This document shows, piece after piece, positions 17,991 through 30,615 of a stretch of DNA of 64,000 nucleotides (within the stretch, counting starts at the first letter, position 1; every line of letters begins with the position of its first letter). Source of the stretch: Eledone cirrhosa (taxonomy: Eukaryota); assembly GCA_964016885.1 (NCBI GenBank), contig OZ024743.1, positions 336,722,001 through 336,786,000 of the forward strand, read 5' to 3'. The position numbers and the translations under genes were made by a program. The notes beneath the pieces are model-generated. The model was not told the origin of the DNA. It was given only the letters and a program-made list of their open reading frames with translations, and made no database searches.

Positions 17991-18533
17991 TTATATTTTA
18001 TATATATTTTTAAGTGTTGAATTTAGGCGATGTTTACAAGAACTGAATAAATTCATACGTATATTAATTGAATTCTTACATTTAAGTATGAAGAAAATTT
18101 CCTCAACACACAATTTGCAAAATCTAGATAAAGCTGTGTTTTTGTAGGCAGGTGCTTCTGAAACCACATCCCAAGTTAAAGAATAGTCCATATTTTTAGA
18201 TTTTAAGTACCAGTTTGATAGAGAAGTTGAAGATGTTTTACCAATATTATTAAACGAGCATTTGTGATTATTGAAATGGGATTTGAAGTCTGTAGAAGTA
18301 GAACCTATATAGTTGAATATATGATTATTGGTTTTGACAGAGCATTTATAGACGACATTTTTATCTAAGCATTTATTTTTTAAAGGACAGTTTGGTTTAA
18401 TTCTACAATTACATTTAGCAGAGTTTATGTTATTTGGAACAGTATTATTAAGTTGGATATTGCTAGAGGTATTAGTGCTATTTTGGTTTAGATTTCTATT
18501 CTTGATTCTATTTATATTTTGTGTTAAGTTCAT
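17991..18533 (-). pseudogene. Inverted second copy of the same GIY-YIG fragment
   Basis: Near-identical translation to 16270..16818. Confidence 0.9.
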
Positions 18534-19437
18534 AGTAGTAGAGTAAGATAGTTTTATTGTCCAGAACTCTTAATATTTTTAATATTATATAATTTTTTCT
18601 AATATTTTAATATTTTAAAAAATAGTTTTTAATATTTCTTAATATTTTTTCATATTTTTTAATATAACCAATAACTAATTCTGGCTAAATATATCTTTAA
18701 ACCTTATATCTTCGTCAAAATGGTCTCATACTAAATAATAAATAAACAAAATTAGGATTTTCACTATCTTCCCAATTTTAAAATATTAAAAATATTAGAA
18801 ACATATAAATATTCATATTAACTCAGTTAATTTAATTACTTACACTAAATACAAATATAAACCAGTATCCCTCATAAATTATTAAAATAATTATCTATAA
18901 CAGAATATACCCATATATCCACTCATATATCCATTCCTCTATTCATATATCTATTCTTCTATCTATATTTTTCTATCTATTTTCCACTTGTATCTATTCA
19001 CTCTGAATTTATTTTTCAATATATATTATTATGTTCTTATATATATATTTTTTTATATATATTTTTTCTATATATATATTTCCTTTTACCTATAAATCTT
19101 AATATTGTATTATATTACAACAAAATAATTACTAAATATACGTAACTCTAATTTAAGATTTATTTAGGTTATATCAGTTCATGCTCTGTTAAATTTCTCT
19201 CTTCTCTCTATTTTTCTATATATCTCATAACAGTAATTTTTCGCTCTCTCTATCTTCTCATCCTCCCCCAGCGTAATTTAAATAAACGGTAGTTTTTTCA
19301 ATTTTTCATAAATTCATTTGCATATCCACACATAACTTTCTATTACCCCTAATAAGTCCCCATTATCCAGCGAATCTTCGGACCGTTAAGGTGTGATCTC
19401 CAATGGTATGTCATTATTTATAAAACAAATTTTGTAT

Positions 19438-19496
19438 TTTATCTGATGAAAGCGCACCAAGATTTGTTTGGTCGCCCTTGAAATATATATAATAAA
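19438..19496 (+). ncRNA. Type I hammerhead motif in pLTR
   Basis: tttat-CTGATGA-aagcgcaccaa..ttggtcgccctt-GAAA-tatata-TA-ataaa. Confidence 0.75.
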
Positions 19497-19645
19497 ATAA
19501 ATATGGTTTTATAAATATAGTTTCCATTTATTATTATCTTGGAATATTTACTCCAGTAACATGTTGAGTACTCTATATCAGTTATAAACATTCATGTTTG
19601 TCTAAATTTCAAGAAATTACACATATATATATATATGTAATTTCT

Positions 19646-19676
<31 letters not shown>

Positions 19677-19680
<4 letters not shown>

Positions 19681-20526
19681 TCACGTCGGACGTCTGTACC
19701 TTTCGCTCATGAAATCCACCCAACTTATGCTGATCAGGACTACCATGTTGCTTGTTTATTTCCTTTCTTTGGTTTGCTTTTATCCTTCTATGTTGTTCAC
19801 TTATCCCCCTCGCTTTACGCGATTTACTGGTCCCAATAACTTTTTTTAGTTATTGCTCGCACCAACCTGAGGTATCTGATTTTTAATGCGATGAAATACC
19901 AATTATGGTTGGAAAATCACTGACGAAGGACTATTTTTATCATATGTAACCTATGTGCAACCACGCAGTATTCTTTCTTCTCATGTTTTTTATATATATT
20001 CACCTCGGCTGAGTTTGTCTGTTTCTCTCTTACTGCTTCCCCGTTCTCTCTGTTTTTCTCACCTTCTTTCGCTTCCTCTGTCAGTTACACTTTCTCTCGA
20101 CTGACCGCTTCCTCGCACTTCCACTCACTCACTCTCTGTTTCTCCCTTTCTCACTCCCTCCCGTTTGGCTAACAGTGGGCCTCTTCTTGCTTACATCTCA
20201 CTCACGTCGGACGTCTGTACCTTTCGCTCATGAAATCCACCCAGATTATGCTGACCAGGACTACCATGTTGCTTGTTTATTTCCTTTCTTTGGTTTGCTT
20301 TTATCCTTCTATGTTGTTCACATGTCCCCCTCGCTTTACGCGATTTACTGGTCCCAATAACTTTTTTTAGTTATTGCTCGCACCAACCTGAGGTATCTAT
20401 CTGTTTTTAATGCGATGAAATACCAATGATGGTTGGAAAATCACTGACGAAGGACTGTTTTTATCATATGTAACCTATGTGCAACCACGCAGTATGCTTC
20501 TTTCTTCTCATGTTTTTTATATATAT
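19677..20526. repeat. Partial tandem direct repeat (~325-bp copies, period 521 bp) with CT-rich spacer; probable non-coding mobile element
   Basis: tcactcacgtcggacgtctg... at 19677 and 20198; flanked by (TA)n. Confidence 0.85.
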
Positions 20527-20539
20527 ATACACATATATG

Positions 20540-22800
20540 ATGTGGACAAATATAATGCAGCCCAACAAAAGGAGTGCCAACAACTTCCAGACCTGGAACA
20601 ATGACGTGCCAGCGTTGTATGGGCTTCGAAAAGACCATAAAACGAGCAGGAACCCTGTCACAGGACCACCAACACGGCCAGTCTGTGGAGCTAACATTGC
20701 TAGTAACTACAGACTTTCATACTTCCTCTCCCTGATCATACGCCTCATCATTGAAATGTCCCCAGATGTATGTGACAGCACGGAGATCCTCCTCAGCAGA
20801 ATCGGCGGGAGTAACCGATCTGGGGACCTAACAAACTGCATAATAGGTAGTATGGATGTTGTGTCCCTGTATCCATCTATTGACGTGGATTTGGCTGTGG
20901 AGAAATGCGTAGAAATGATCAGTGAGAGCAATGTTGAATTCAGTGGGATTGATACCAGTGAGCTGGGACTCCTACGTAAACTTACCTATAGTAATAATGA
21001 TCTAGATACATATGGCCTTAACAACTTGTGCCCTACAAGACCAGCAAGAGGCAGACCACCTACCATTACCCCAATAGCCAAGAAAACCCACACAGATAGA
21101 TGGAACGGGTGGACCAGAGCCATACGGACCCCCGAAAACCACGATGAACTAAAGAAAATGATTGCACATGCGGTGGAGGCCAGCATAAAATTAACCCTTA
21201 AGGAACATATGTTCAAATTTAATGGAAAAATATATGCCCAAGAGGAGGGAGCAGCCATTGGTGTTAGCATTGCAGGCGTCATAGCTAACCTATTCATGGT
21301 ATGGTGGGACAGTAGACTTAAACTTAAAGTTAAAGAACAATTAGACGACTCCTTAACCCTGATAATGTACTCCCGCTATGTTGATGATATAAACATCGTA
21401 GTTAAAACACCCCCACTAGAGAACAGTCAGGAATTAGAGAAAAACACAATGGAAAGCATCCAGCAAATAGCTAACTCCATCCACCAGAGTATTAGAGTTA
21501 CTATACCCACGCAAACACCCCAACCATCGATTACCTGTACTAGACACAGAGCTCTGGTTAGATACCATTAATAACAAAAAACAAATCCCCCATTTCCATT
21601 ATGCCAAACCCATGACTTCCAAATATCTGATCCACCGAAACTCAGCTGTTTCGGACCATACCAAAATCAACATACTGATTGCGGATTTGGTACGGGTGAT
21701 GAGAAACGTGTCCCGCATGTGCAGCCCAGAAAAACTAGAGAGACACATACAACACTTCATCCACCGTATGTAGTTCTCTGGTTACAATCAGAGATATAAA
21801 ATCAGAGTGTACAGAGGAGCCAGAAACAAATAGGCAAAAATGGAAAATAATGACACAAATGGGACCTGCCCCTTGTATAGGAGCAAATTTTGGAATAGAA
21901 TAGAAAGAACTAGGAATAAGGCTAATAGAATAAACTCATAGTATGATAGCAATAAATACCAGAGAGTAATGTTCATCGATACAACCCCTAGAGGTGAATT
22001 AGCTTACAAATTTAGAAGGGCCCTAGATAAACATAAACTCAATATTAAGATAGTAGAAAGACCAGGTACCTCCATAAAAACACTTATTAGCAATACATAC
22101 CCTTTTCAAAGGCCTCCCTGTATAGATAAGAAATGTATAATCTGTAAATTAAGCCCCCATATTAACTGTAAAACTAGAAATGTAGTATATAACATAAGAT
22201 GTACTGAAGGACAATGTAGAGATAAAAATATAGTGTACATAGGTGAGACAGCTCGTAGTATAGTGAAACGGATAAATGAACACTGGCGAGACCTTCAAGA
22301 TAGTAAAGAATCATCTGTACTCTACCAACATGCTAAAATAGAACATAAGGGTAAATTAGAGAACATAGAAATAAAAATAGAATCTACACACAGAAAAGAC
22401 GCAATGTTTAAACAAATCACAGAGGCAATAAACATAAATGAACTCCAACCAAAATTAAATAGAAAACATGAGTGGAACAGCAACATTACAACTTACAATT
22501 AAGGACAAAATGAAAACACACACTCACATAGAACAAACAACCAACCAGTAACATGTAAATAAACAAATAAATAAACGAATATAAACACACACAGACACCC
22601 GGATGTAACACATGCGCAAACTAAGCACACAACACACACACAAAAACAAGATGGCGTAGGACAGAACAAAGGAGAGGCACAAAAACAAAAAAAATAATCC
22701 CCAGTTACTGAAGAGGTCACAAAATATGTGACGATAGAACTTTGACAATATATAAACAATCATCTGGTTGTGGAACCAACCAACCAACCAACCAGAAATT
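20540..22800 (+). mobile_element. Degenerate PLE of a different clade (Nematis/Neptune-like), RT + GIY-YIG
   Basis: 'TRPVCGA..GSMDVVSLYPSID..GAAIG..SRYVDDI' and 'CIDKKCIIC..CKTRNVVYNIRC..YIGETARS..RINEH'; stops and frameshifts; HHR-like ctgaaga-g-gtcac..gtgac-gata at ~22704-22746. Confidence 0.85.
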
Positions 22801-22911
22801 TATAAATTCCTAAATTTATTTATTTATAATTTATAAATTTATTATAATAAATTGAAGTGAAAGCAACTGGTGCGTGTGTTTCTTATTGGCAACATGACCC
22901 TCCCAAAGTAT

Positions 22912-22947
<36 letters not shown>

Positions 22948-23562
22948 ATAATAATAAATTTGAAGGCTAAAATCCAAAGAGGGCTCGATAAAGATAAATA
23001 TATATCAAATATATAAGAACCCTAGAGCAAATATTTATTAAAATAACAGATTAAAGTTTAAGCAAAGCATCGCTGCTTTCACCCTTAACAGGATCTTCTG
23101 AAACTAAAAAAATCAATCTGTGAACGCAGAAGTAAATATTTCGAAAAACGTTGCAACCGAAGGAAAACAGGAAGACGATACTTTGGTTCGTTGAGACGTT
23201 CCCTGGCAATGAACGGAAAAAAAGCGAAGAGAATACGTCATTACGTGGAGCAGTGAGAACAATTACATGAAAAGGTCTTTTATTCCCGTTTGTGGTATAA
23301 ATGAAGTCGTAGACTAATATTCTATTTAGGAAACCGAATTCAGATTTAAGAATAATGTAAATAAATTACAGAGGTTATTGAACTCAATAATAAATAAATA
23401 TATACATACACGTATCCATATACATACATAGACATACATACGCGAAAACACCCGCCAAGGTATGCACGTACACAAAACCACGCGCACACATACAAAAGCC
23501 CGCGCAGCACCTGTACCCGCACACATAAGACCGTATAAACCAAATACGCATAAATAATATAT

Positions 23563-23658
<96 letters not shown>

Positions 23659-24525
23659 CATATAATAATATAAACGTATATAAATATACACACATAAATA
23701 CGTATATAACGCACGCACAAACATGCCTACAGGTAAATACACATATGTTCGCTAAACGTACGTCAACCAAAACACAAAGTACACATGTACACACCCTACA
23801 TACGTGCAAACCCTACATACGCGCAAAATACACGTATACACATGTATCAGTATATATAATATAATATATATACCTATAACAAATACAAGCAAATATACGT
23901 ACGAGAATGCCATTATATATTATTATATTATTATTATAGTGTTATTGTAACATCTATATTGTTTGTGTAAATTAACCGGAGATTATCTATTATATTATAT
24001 TATGTATTGTATAGTTATATAGTTTATTATATATTATATGTTTTACTTTTAATCATTTCATTACTTCATGTTATACTGTATATTATATATACGTATTATT
24101 TTGTATTTTTATTTTTATTCCTATTATGCTTATTTATATTTAAACTCTTAATAAGGTTTAATTTGTGCTGTTAATGGAAATGTGTATTGATGTATATGTA
24201 TATGTGCGTACGTGTGTGTATATATATATATATGTATATTGTGCCTTTTAATTTTAATTTTAATATTGTTACAAGTATATTATATTATATTATATTGTAT
24301 TACATATATTACTATAATTCACGCTCTATATAACCACCTTTGTTTAGCTCTATTTTTTTGTTTTGGACTATATTTGTAATATGGTTCAAAATGTTATCCA
24401 CCTCCTTAGTGATTTTTATTATATATTTTTACCCATAATCTTCCAATACTTTAGTGTATGTACACTCCATATTCTTCGGAGTTTTCGGCTTGTATTGGCC
24501 GATAGTGCTTCTTGTAGTTTTAATT

Positions 24526-24563
24526 GCCCTGATGAGTCCTTAATAGGACGAAACATTGTTGGC
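24526..24563 (+). ncRNA. Minimal type I hammerhead motif
   Basis: gcc-CTGATGA-gtcct-taat-aggac-GAAAC-att-GTT-ggc followed by taataaa. Confidence 0.8.
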
Positions 24564-24989
24564 TAATAAAGACTTTTGATGTATTGAAGGCTTCTTTGTT
24601 TTATTTTCATAATATATATATATATATATATATATTATATTTTTTTATTTTTCATATATTTTCTTTATATTATATCCCTTTACATTCTTGTCTATCACCG
24701 TTCATCTTATACCCTACTACCCGAATTACCCGCGCCTTGCTGTGTTTCACACATTATTTTTGTAAGAAAATGATGATTGATTTTAAATCAGTGATAAAAT
24801 TTATGGAAAAAACTTTGCATTTCAATATTACTCAATGTAAACTGTAATGCATGAAAAATTGGAAAACATTATTTTTTGTAATATATCAAATCAAAATTAC
24901 ATTATTAAATCTTATTCTTATTTTGTTTCTTGTAAATAATTTTTTTTTAAATATCAATTCAAAACTTTTGTGAATAGGCATCATATCTT

Positions 24990-25218
24990 GTCATTTGCCT
25001 ATGGTTTAAATTTCATATAAATCTAAGGGAAAAGATTTTCAGCGGGGGTTTGTGCCCATGGAGAACCTTTTGATTAAAATGAAATATACTTATCCAAGTA
25101 CCCTGGGCAATGTAGTTTCAGAATATATATAGTTATGGGGGTCTATCTCCAAAACCTTAGGAGGAGTTCGTGAACAAACAAACAAACAAACAGGAACTAC
25201 AACTGTATATATAGAGAT
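24990..25218 (+). mobile_element. Possible non-autonomous Helitron/Helentron-type (DINE/HINE-like) 3' part
   Basis: ttaggaggagttcg-(CAAA)n-...tatatatagagatt ending resembles such elements; resemblance only. Confidence 0.35.
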
Positions 25219-25489
25219 TTTGCTTTATATATATACATATGTGTGTGTGTACAAAATATATATGCACTTATCTGTGTATGTATATGCATGTGTGTGTATA
25301 TATATGTATAGATGTGTTTTATGCGTAATGATTAAATATGAGGATATATGGGTTTGGCATCACCAATTCTGGTACCAATGCTGTTGTTGTTTTAGTCATT
25401 GATAGTGTCGAGCTATATATAGCTGTATGTATATGTGCAAGTATATGTACATATACACTAATATATATATATATATATACATATATATA

Positions 25490-25990
25490 TAAATGTAATC
25501 TGAGTTTTTCGATTATTAATAATAACATTCGATTCGTTTGCAATTATGCAAACAATCTTCAATTTTAAAGCCATGTCAGTAGAATTAACCCTTCATTCTT
25601 GCTCTTGTGTTTGCATGTAAACAGAACTGCAAACACTAATGTTTTTTATCAGTGGATCTGCTAATATGCAGATCTAACTGATCAACCAGTCTGCTAATAT
25701 GCAAATCAGGCCGATCAGTCACTGTATATTTTAGAAAATAGCATATATTTTCACTAGCTCTGACAGTTTGGCAGGTGAACAGTGAGCTGTACTGATGAAG
25801 GGTGATACCCAGAAACATTAGTGTCTGCAGTTCTGTTTACATGCCAACACAAGAACAAGAATGAAGGGTTCATTCTACTGATATGGCTTTAAAATTGAGG
25901 CTTGTTTGCATAACTGCAAACGAATCGAATGTTATTATTAATAAACGAAAACCTCAGATTACATTTATTGTATTAGCCATGTAGAGCAAC
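25490..25990 (+). mobile_element. Non-coding mini-PLE: ~155-bp inverted arms around a hammerhead
   Basis: 25491-25645 is the reverse complement of ~25813-25966. Confidence 0.8.
25787..25830 (+). ncRNA. Type I hammerhead motif
   Basis: ctgta-CTGATGA-a-gggt-gat-accc-a-GAAAC-attagt-GTC-tgcag. Confidence 0.8.
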
Positions 25991-26805
25991 ATTTTTATTT
26001 ATTTATTTATTTTTTTTATATATAGGAAAAAGTATGACACCGACGGCAGAGCTCAAGCCGTTTCGACGGCTATTTCAGGATTAAATTAGAATTTTTAGCC
26101 TGGTGAATAAATAGCCGAACTTGTCAAGGAGGTACTTCCTTTTATGGGAAGATTGTAGTTGTCAAGAGGATTGGTTAAAATTTGTTGTAAAGAATCATGG
26201 CATTTGGTGGGAGGTAGGGGTGGCTGAACTTGCCTGTAGAACAATAGGGGAGTGAGTGGAGCGGTCAAGTGTTGAAAGTGATATGTATACAGCAGATTCT
26301 AAGGATAGTGTATGAAGTGGAGGAGGGAGGTTATAGAATAGGTATATCGAATGAGAGTAGGAGACAATAAAAGATAATAGAAAGAAATAAAAAATATATA
26401 AAATTAGATAGTGAGAAATGAATAAAAAAAATCACAATGCTATCTTACAGGTTAATAAGTTGAGAATAGAAAAAACATATAGAAATTGAGTAGTACCAGA
26501 ACTGATACAAAATTAAAGGCGTTTAACACGTCTGCTAAAAGTAGTTAGTAAAACGTATTCGGTCAATTCTATCTTAAAATTACAGTGGTGGGGGAACTGA
26601 TGCTACAAAGGCCCGATGGGCTGCATGGGGGTAGACGAAAGGGGAAAATCAGACGAGGAAGGAAATAGGGGGTGGAAGGAAGTGATAGGATGAGACAGTG
26701 GGAAGAAGACAAAGAGGAAAAGAAAAGAAAGGAGATACATCTACCTAAGTAAGCTGGGGTTTCCTCTAACTTATTCGGCAAGTGGGGGTGGGTATCAGCC
26801 CTTGT

Positions 26806-27790
26806 CTACCCACCCGGGTCATTATGGGGTTTGAGGGCGAGGTAAGTCCTACGCAATCTGTGTTTGCATGCGGTTACCAGTTCGTCTTTCTTGTTTAGGA
26901 GTTGGTCCTTCGAAAACAGCATTTGTAATGTTTCCTCCGAGCATAAGTTACACGGACGGCGTCCTCCCGTGTAAGAGTTAGCTCTGGACAGTAAGCTCCA
27001 AGTGAGATTGTAGGTTATATTATTATCTTGGAGGTCCCAGATGTGGCCCGAAAGTGCGGTGGCGTGTCGCCGGACCGGGTTTCGGAAAGTATGTCGGTGT
27101 TGATAGAGCCGGGTCTTGAAGTCACACGGGGTTAATCCTATATAAGTTTTGTTGGAGGTGTCCGTCCTCACGTTGCACTGGTAGATCACGTTACGTTCTC
27201 GACATTTGTTGTTGAGGGGGCACGTAGATCTATCAGTGAAGTTGCACCTCCTGGTCGGTTCTCCACTAATGTCTAGGGTATTTCTTCCATAGGGGTTGAG
27301 TTTTTTGTTGTTTGAGGAGACGATGTTTTGTGCGAAGTTAGGTGTGGTGCTGTAGGAGAGTTCGATGGTGTTTTTGTTGATTATGTTGTGGTAGTGGTGT
27401 TGTAGTGGGAAGTGTTTTTCGAGGAGTCCAAAGAAGATTTTCCCGATAGGTGTTGCCACCTCAGCATTATGGGGAGGATTGAACCACGTTACGTTGCGTG
27501 AGCGGCGTTGTCGCCTGCTGGTTCCGCTAAGGGAAGCTGGATAAAAGGATATTTTCTCCCGTAAGCCACTTCGTTTGAGGGCCTGGTTGTAATGAGGCGC
27601 GTGTTCGTCGAATATCTGCTCATTAGCGGACAAACGAGATATGCGGAGGGAGATGTTTTCAACCAGGTTATTGGTGATGTTTCAAGGATGGTTAGAGGGG
27701 CGGTGGATGTAGTGCAGGTTGTCGTTTGGTTTCCTGTATGGGTTGTACAGATCATTTTAGAGGTTAAGGGTAACGTCCAGGAAATTGACC
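26806..27790 (-). pseudogene. PLE thumb + GIY-YIG endonuclease fragment
   Basis: 'WFNPPHN..IGKIFFGLLEKHFP..CPLNNKCRERNVIYQC..TYIGLT..FKTRLYQH..CNLCSEE..CKHR'. Confidence 0.9.
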
Positions 27791-28249
27791 CCTGTAATTT
27801 TAAGATAGAATTGGCCGAATACGTTTTACTAACTACTTATAGCAGACGTATTAAACCCCTTTAATTTTGTATCAGTTCCTGGTACTACTCAATTTCTACA
27901 ATCTTTTTCTATTCTCAACTTATTAACCTGTAATTGTAAGATAGCATTGTGATTTTTTTTATTCATTTCTCACTATCTAATTTTATATTTTCTTTTTTCT
28001 TTCTATTATCTTTTATTATCTCCTACTCTCATTCGATTTACCTATTCTATAACCTCCCTCCTCCATTTCATACACTATCCTTAGAATCTGCTGTATACAT
28101 ATCACTTTCAACACTTGACCGCTCCACTCACTCCCCTATTGTTCTACAGGCAAGTTCAGCCACCCCTACCTCCCACCAAATGCCATGATTCTTTACAACA
28201 AATTTTAACCAATCCTCCTGACCACTTCAATCTTCCCATATAAGGAAGT

Positions 28250-28347
28250 ACCCCCATTGACAAGTTCGGATATTTATTCACCAGGCTAAAAATTCTAATT
28301 TAGTCCAGAAATAGCCGTCGAAACGGCTTGAGCTCTGCCGTCGGGGT
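28250..28347 (+). ncRNA. Hammerhead motif with U3-A8 variant core and long stem II (inverted copy at 26037-26133, minus strand)
   Basis: acccc.a-TTGACAA-gttcggatattt...aaatagccgtc-GAAAC-ggct..gcc-GTC-ggggt. Confidence 0.6.
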
Positions 28348-28587
28348 CATACTTTTTCCTATTTCCCACTTTATTACCCTAAGTATTGAGTAATCTGGTG
28401 CGTTATGGTCCATCTGGTTCCTTACCACAATTCCTTTGTTATATATATATATATAACAATAAATCTAATCTAATTTGTTATATATATATATATAACAATA
28501 AATCTAATCTAAATGAAAATGTTTCAAATCTGGATAAAATTTTCAAATCTAAAAAAAATCCACCCCCTAACAAACTACTAATGGATT

Positions 28588-30462
28588 TTGAAAATGATAT
28601 CGTATCTATCATCCAAGGCATCAAATTCAAAAAAAAACTTTAAAGGCCAGGTTTTCTTAAGAAGTATTAAGGATAATATTGAAAACTTGGAGAAAACAGA
28701 GAAAATTCTAGTGAAGTCGGACAAAACTAATAATCTTTATGGAATACAAAAGGACATTTATAACGACCTTATATTGAAAGAACTAAGGAAAATGTACAAG
28801 GTAGCAAATAAGGACGAACTTGAAAAACTGAATAGAGATGCATCTTGTATAATGCATGAATTAGACATTGAGAATAAAACACAACCCTTCATGCCTAGGA
28901 AACCTAAGATCAATATGAAGGATCACAAAAGAAACTTTGAAAATGATTTACCAGTCAGATTAATTGCACTATCTAAATCTGACCTGGGCAAACTTAGCAA
29001 AAATATTCTAGACAGGGTAATACAACAAATTAAAAACTTACCTAATTTATCTTACTTAAAATTATGGAAAGGGACTAGTGGGGTTATCGATTGGTTTAAA
29101 GAAATTAAATATAACTATAATAATAAGTTTATTCAGCTGGATATTGCTAACTACTATTCATCTATCACTCCTAATCTACTGAATAAGGCACTAAATTACG
29201 CATTTAAACATACAGACCTAACTAGCAATGAAATGCACATTATATTATCGGCAAGGAAAACATTGATAGAATTTAATAACCAACTCTGGACTAGGGCAGA
29301 TAGAAATAATAATTTCGACATAACTATGGGATCATCAGACTCAGCTCAGGTAACGGACCTTGTGGGCCTATTTATAATTAATTCGCTACACAGAAAAATA
29401 CCAGGTGTAACCGGAGGCTTATATCGTGATGACATGCTTTTACTTATACAAAATAATAGCTGTGAACTAAATAGAAAAAGAAAACAAATTATACCATTTT
29501 TTAATTACCTTAATCTAAAAGTAGAAATAGAGAATAACCATAAAATAGTCAATTTTCTTGACGTAACACTAAATCTCAACACATGTCTTCAAAATCCATT
29601 TCACAAACTAAATGAGAACTTGAATTATGTTAATTTTAATTCTAATCACCACAGATCTGTTAAAAATACTATAGTGAACTCTGTTCAAGAACGAATTACA
29701 AGAATTTCATCTAATAAAAATATATTTGATGAAAAAGCGCAGTATTACAACGAAGCGTTAGGTAGAGCTGGATATAGAAATAAAATTAAATACATTGATA
29801 ATAATAATAATAAGCAAACTAACCAAAATAATAACAATTTTAATTATGGTAAAAACTTTAACAACTATAATAGAAAACATTACAATAATTCCAAAAGCCG
29901 AAAAAGAAATAGAACTAGAAATATATTATGGTTTGCTCCCCCTTTCTCACTAAATATTAAAACCCCTATTGCTAAACTATTCTTTAAAGCTCTTGACAAA
30001 CGCTTCCCTAGAACACATAAATATTACTCAATTTTTAATAGACACACTATAAAATTAACTTACTCGTCCACCAAAAATTTAGCACAAAATATTAATAGAA
30101 TTAATAATAGAAATATAAAACCTAACCAAAATACCAATAATAACCCAAGCAATATTCAATTGAATAACTGTAACTGTAGAAATAAATCTAACTGCCCGTT
30201 AAATAACAACTGCTTAGCTAAAAATGTAGTGTACAATTGTAATGTTAAAACTAATTTAAATTCATTTAACTATGTTGGTTCTACCTCTACAGAATTTAAA
30301 TTTCGGTTCAATAATCATAAAAATTATTTCACAGATCCAAACAAAAAATCTTCAACTTCGCTATCTAGCCTACTATGGGACCTAAAACGAGATAATGTTA
30401 AATATTCGATGACTTGGAATATTATTTCCAAATACTTGTCGAGTGCTTTATATCAGTTATAA
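28588..30462 (+). CDS. PLE polyprotein (RT + GIY-YIG), frameshifted at N-terminus and truncated at ~30432
   Basis: 'QLDIANYYSSIT', 'DITMGSSDSAQVTDLVGL', 'GLYRDD', 'FLDVTLNL', 'WFAPPFS', 'CNCRNKSNCPL..VVY..YVGST'. Confidence 0.9.
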   Translation: MKMISYLSSKASNSKKNFKGQVFLRSIKDNIENLEKTEKILVKSDKTNNLYGIQKDIYNDLILKELRKMYKVANKDELEKLNRDASCIMHELDIENKTQPFMPRKPKINMKDHKRNFENDLPVRLIALSKSDLGKLSKNILDRVIQQIKNLPNLSYLKLWKGTSGVIDWFKEIKYNYNNKFIQLDIANYYSSITPNLLNKALNYAFKHTDLTSNEMHIILSARKTLIEFNNQLWTRADRNNNFDITMGSSDSAQVTDLVGLFIINSLHRKIPGVTGGLYRDDMLLLIQNNSCELNRKRKQIIPFFNYLNLKVEIENNHKIVNFLDVTLNLNTCLQNPFHKLNENLNYVNFNSNHHRSVKNTIVNSVQERITRISSNKNIFDEKAQYYNEALGRAGYRNKIKYIDNNNNKQTNQNNNNFNYGKNFNNYNRKHYNNSKSRKRNRTRNILWFAPPFSLNIKTPIAKLFFKALDKRFPRTHKYYSIFNRHTIKLTYSSTKNLAQNINRINNRNIKPNQNTNNNPSNIQLNNCNCRNKSNCPLNNNCLAKNVVYNCNVKTNLNSFNYVGSTSTEFKFRFNNHKNYFTDPNKKSSTSLSSLLWDLKRDNVKYSMTWNIISKYLSSALYQL

Positions 30463-30525
30463 AAATATTTACTTGTTGTATCCCAACAATTTTAAATAGA
30501 ACTTTTGCATTAGTAAAATGAGGTA

Positions 30526-30615
30526 TCCTCTTGATAAGTCGGCAGACCTCGCAGGGACTCTATATCTTTATGATGTATTGTCTTTGTTTATGCCACGAAA
30601 CTACGTAGTCGAGGA
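30526..30615 (+). ncRNA. Type I hammerhead, U3-A8 variant core (copy 1)
   Basis: tcctc-TTGATAA-gtcggca...tgccac-GAAAC-tacgta-GTC-gagga. Confidence 0.75.

Larger units (their letters stand above)
14692..19620. mobile_element. AT-rich PLE with multiply inverted structure (nested inverted repeats)
   Basis: Outer arms ~14692-15687 / 18560-19542; inner arms ~16246-16876 / 17931-18560 carry the same GIY-YIG ORF on opposite strands. Confidence 0.9.
26022..28440. mobile_element. PLE with ~565-bp inverted pLTRs enclosing a minus-strand ORF fragment
   Basis: Arms 26022-26585 / 27792-28362; the plus arm continues into a tail to ~28440. Confidence 0.9.

Noticed and set aside
19690-19940. Hammerhead in the 521-bp repeat (ctgatca/gaaa on minus, ctgacga on plus)
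   Set aside because: Stem III and the NUH triplet cannot be formed consistently
22940-24500. Host gene exon or promoter
   Set aside because: Low-complexity AT/CA-rich sequence with no credible ORF or splice evidence
28338-28350. gtcggggtca resembling the tRNA-Trp 3' end
   Set aside because: Only ~10 nt, better explained as HHR cleavage site plus stem I; no tRNA body
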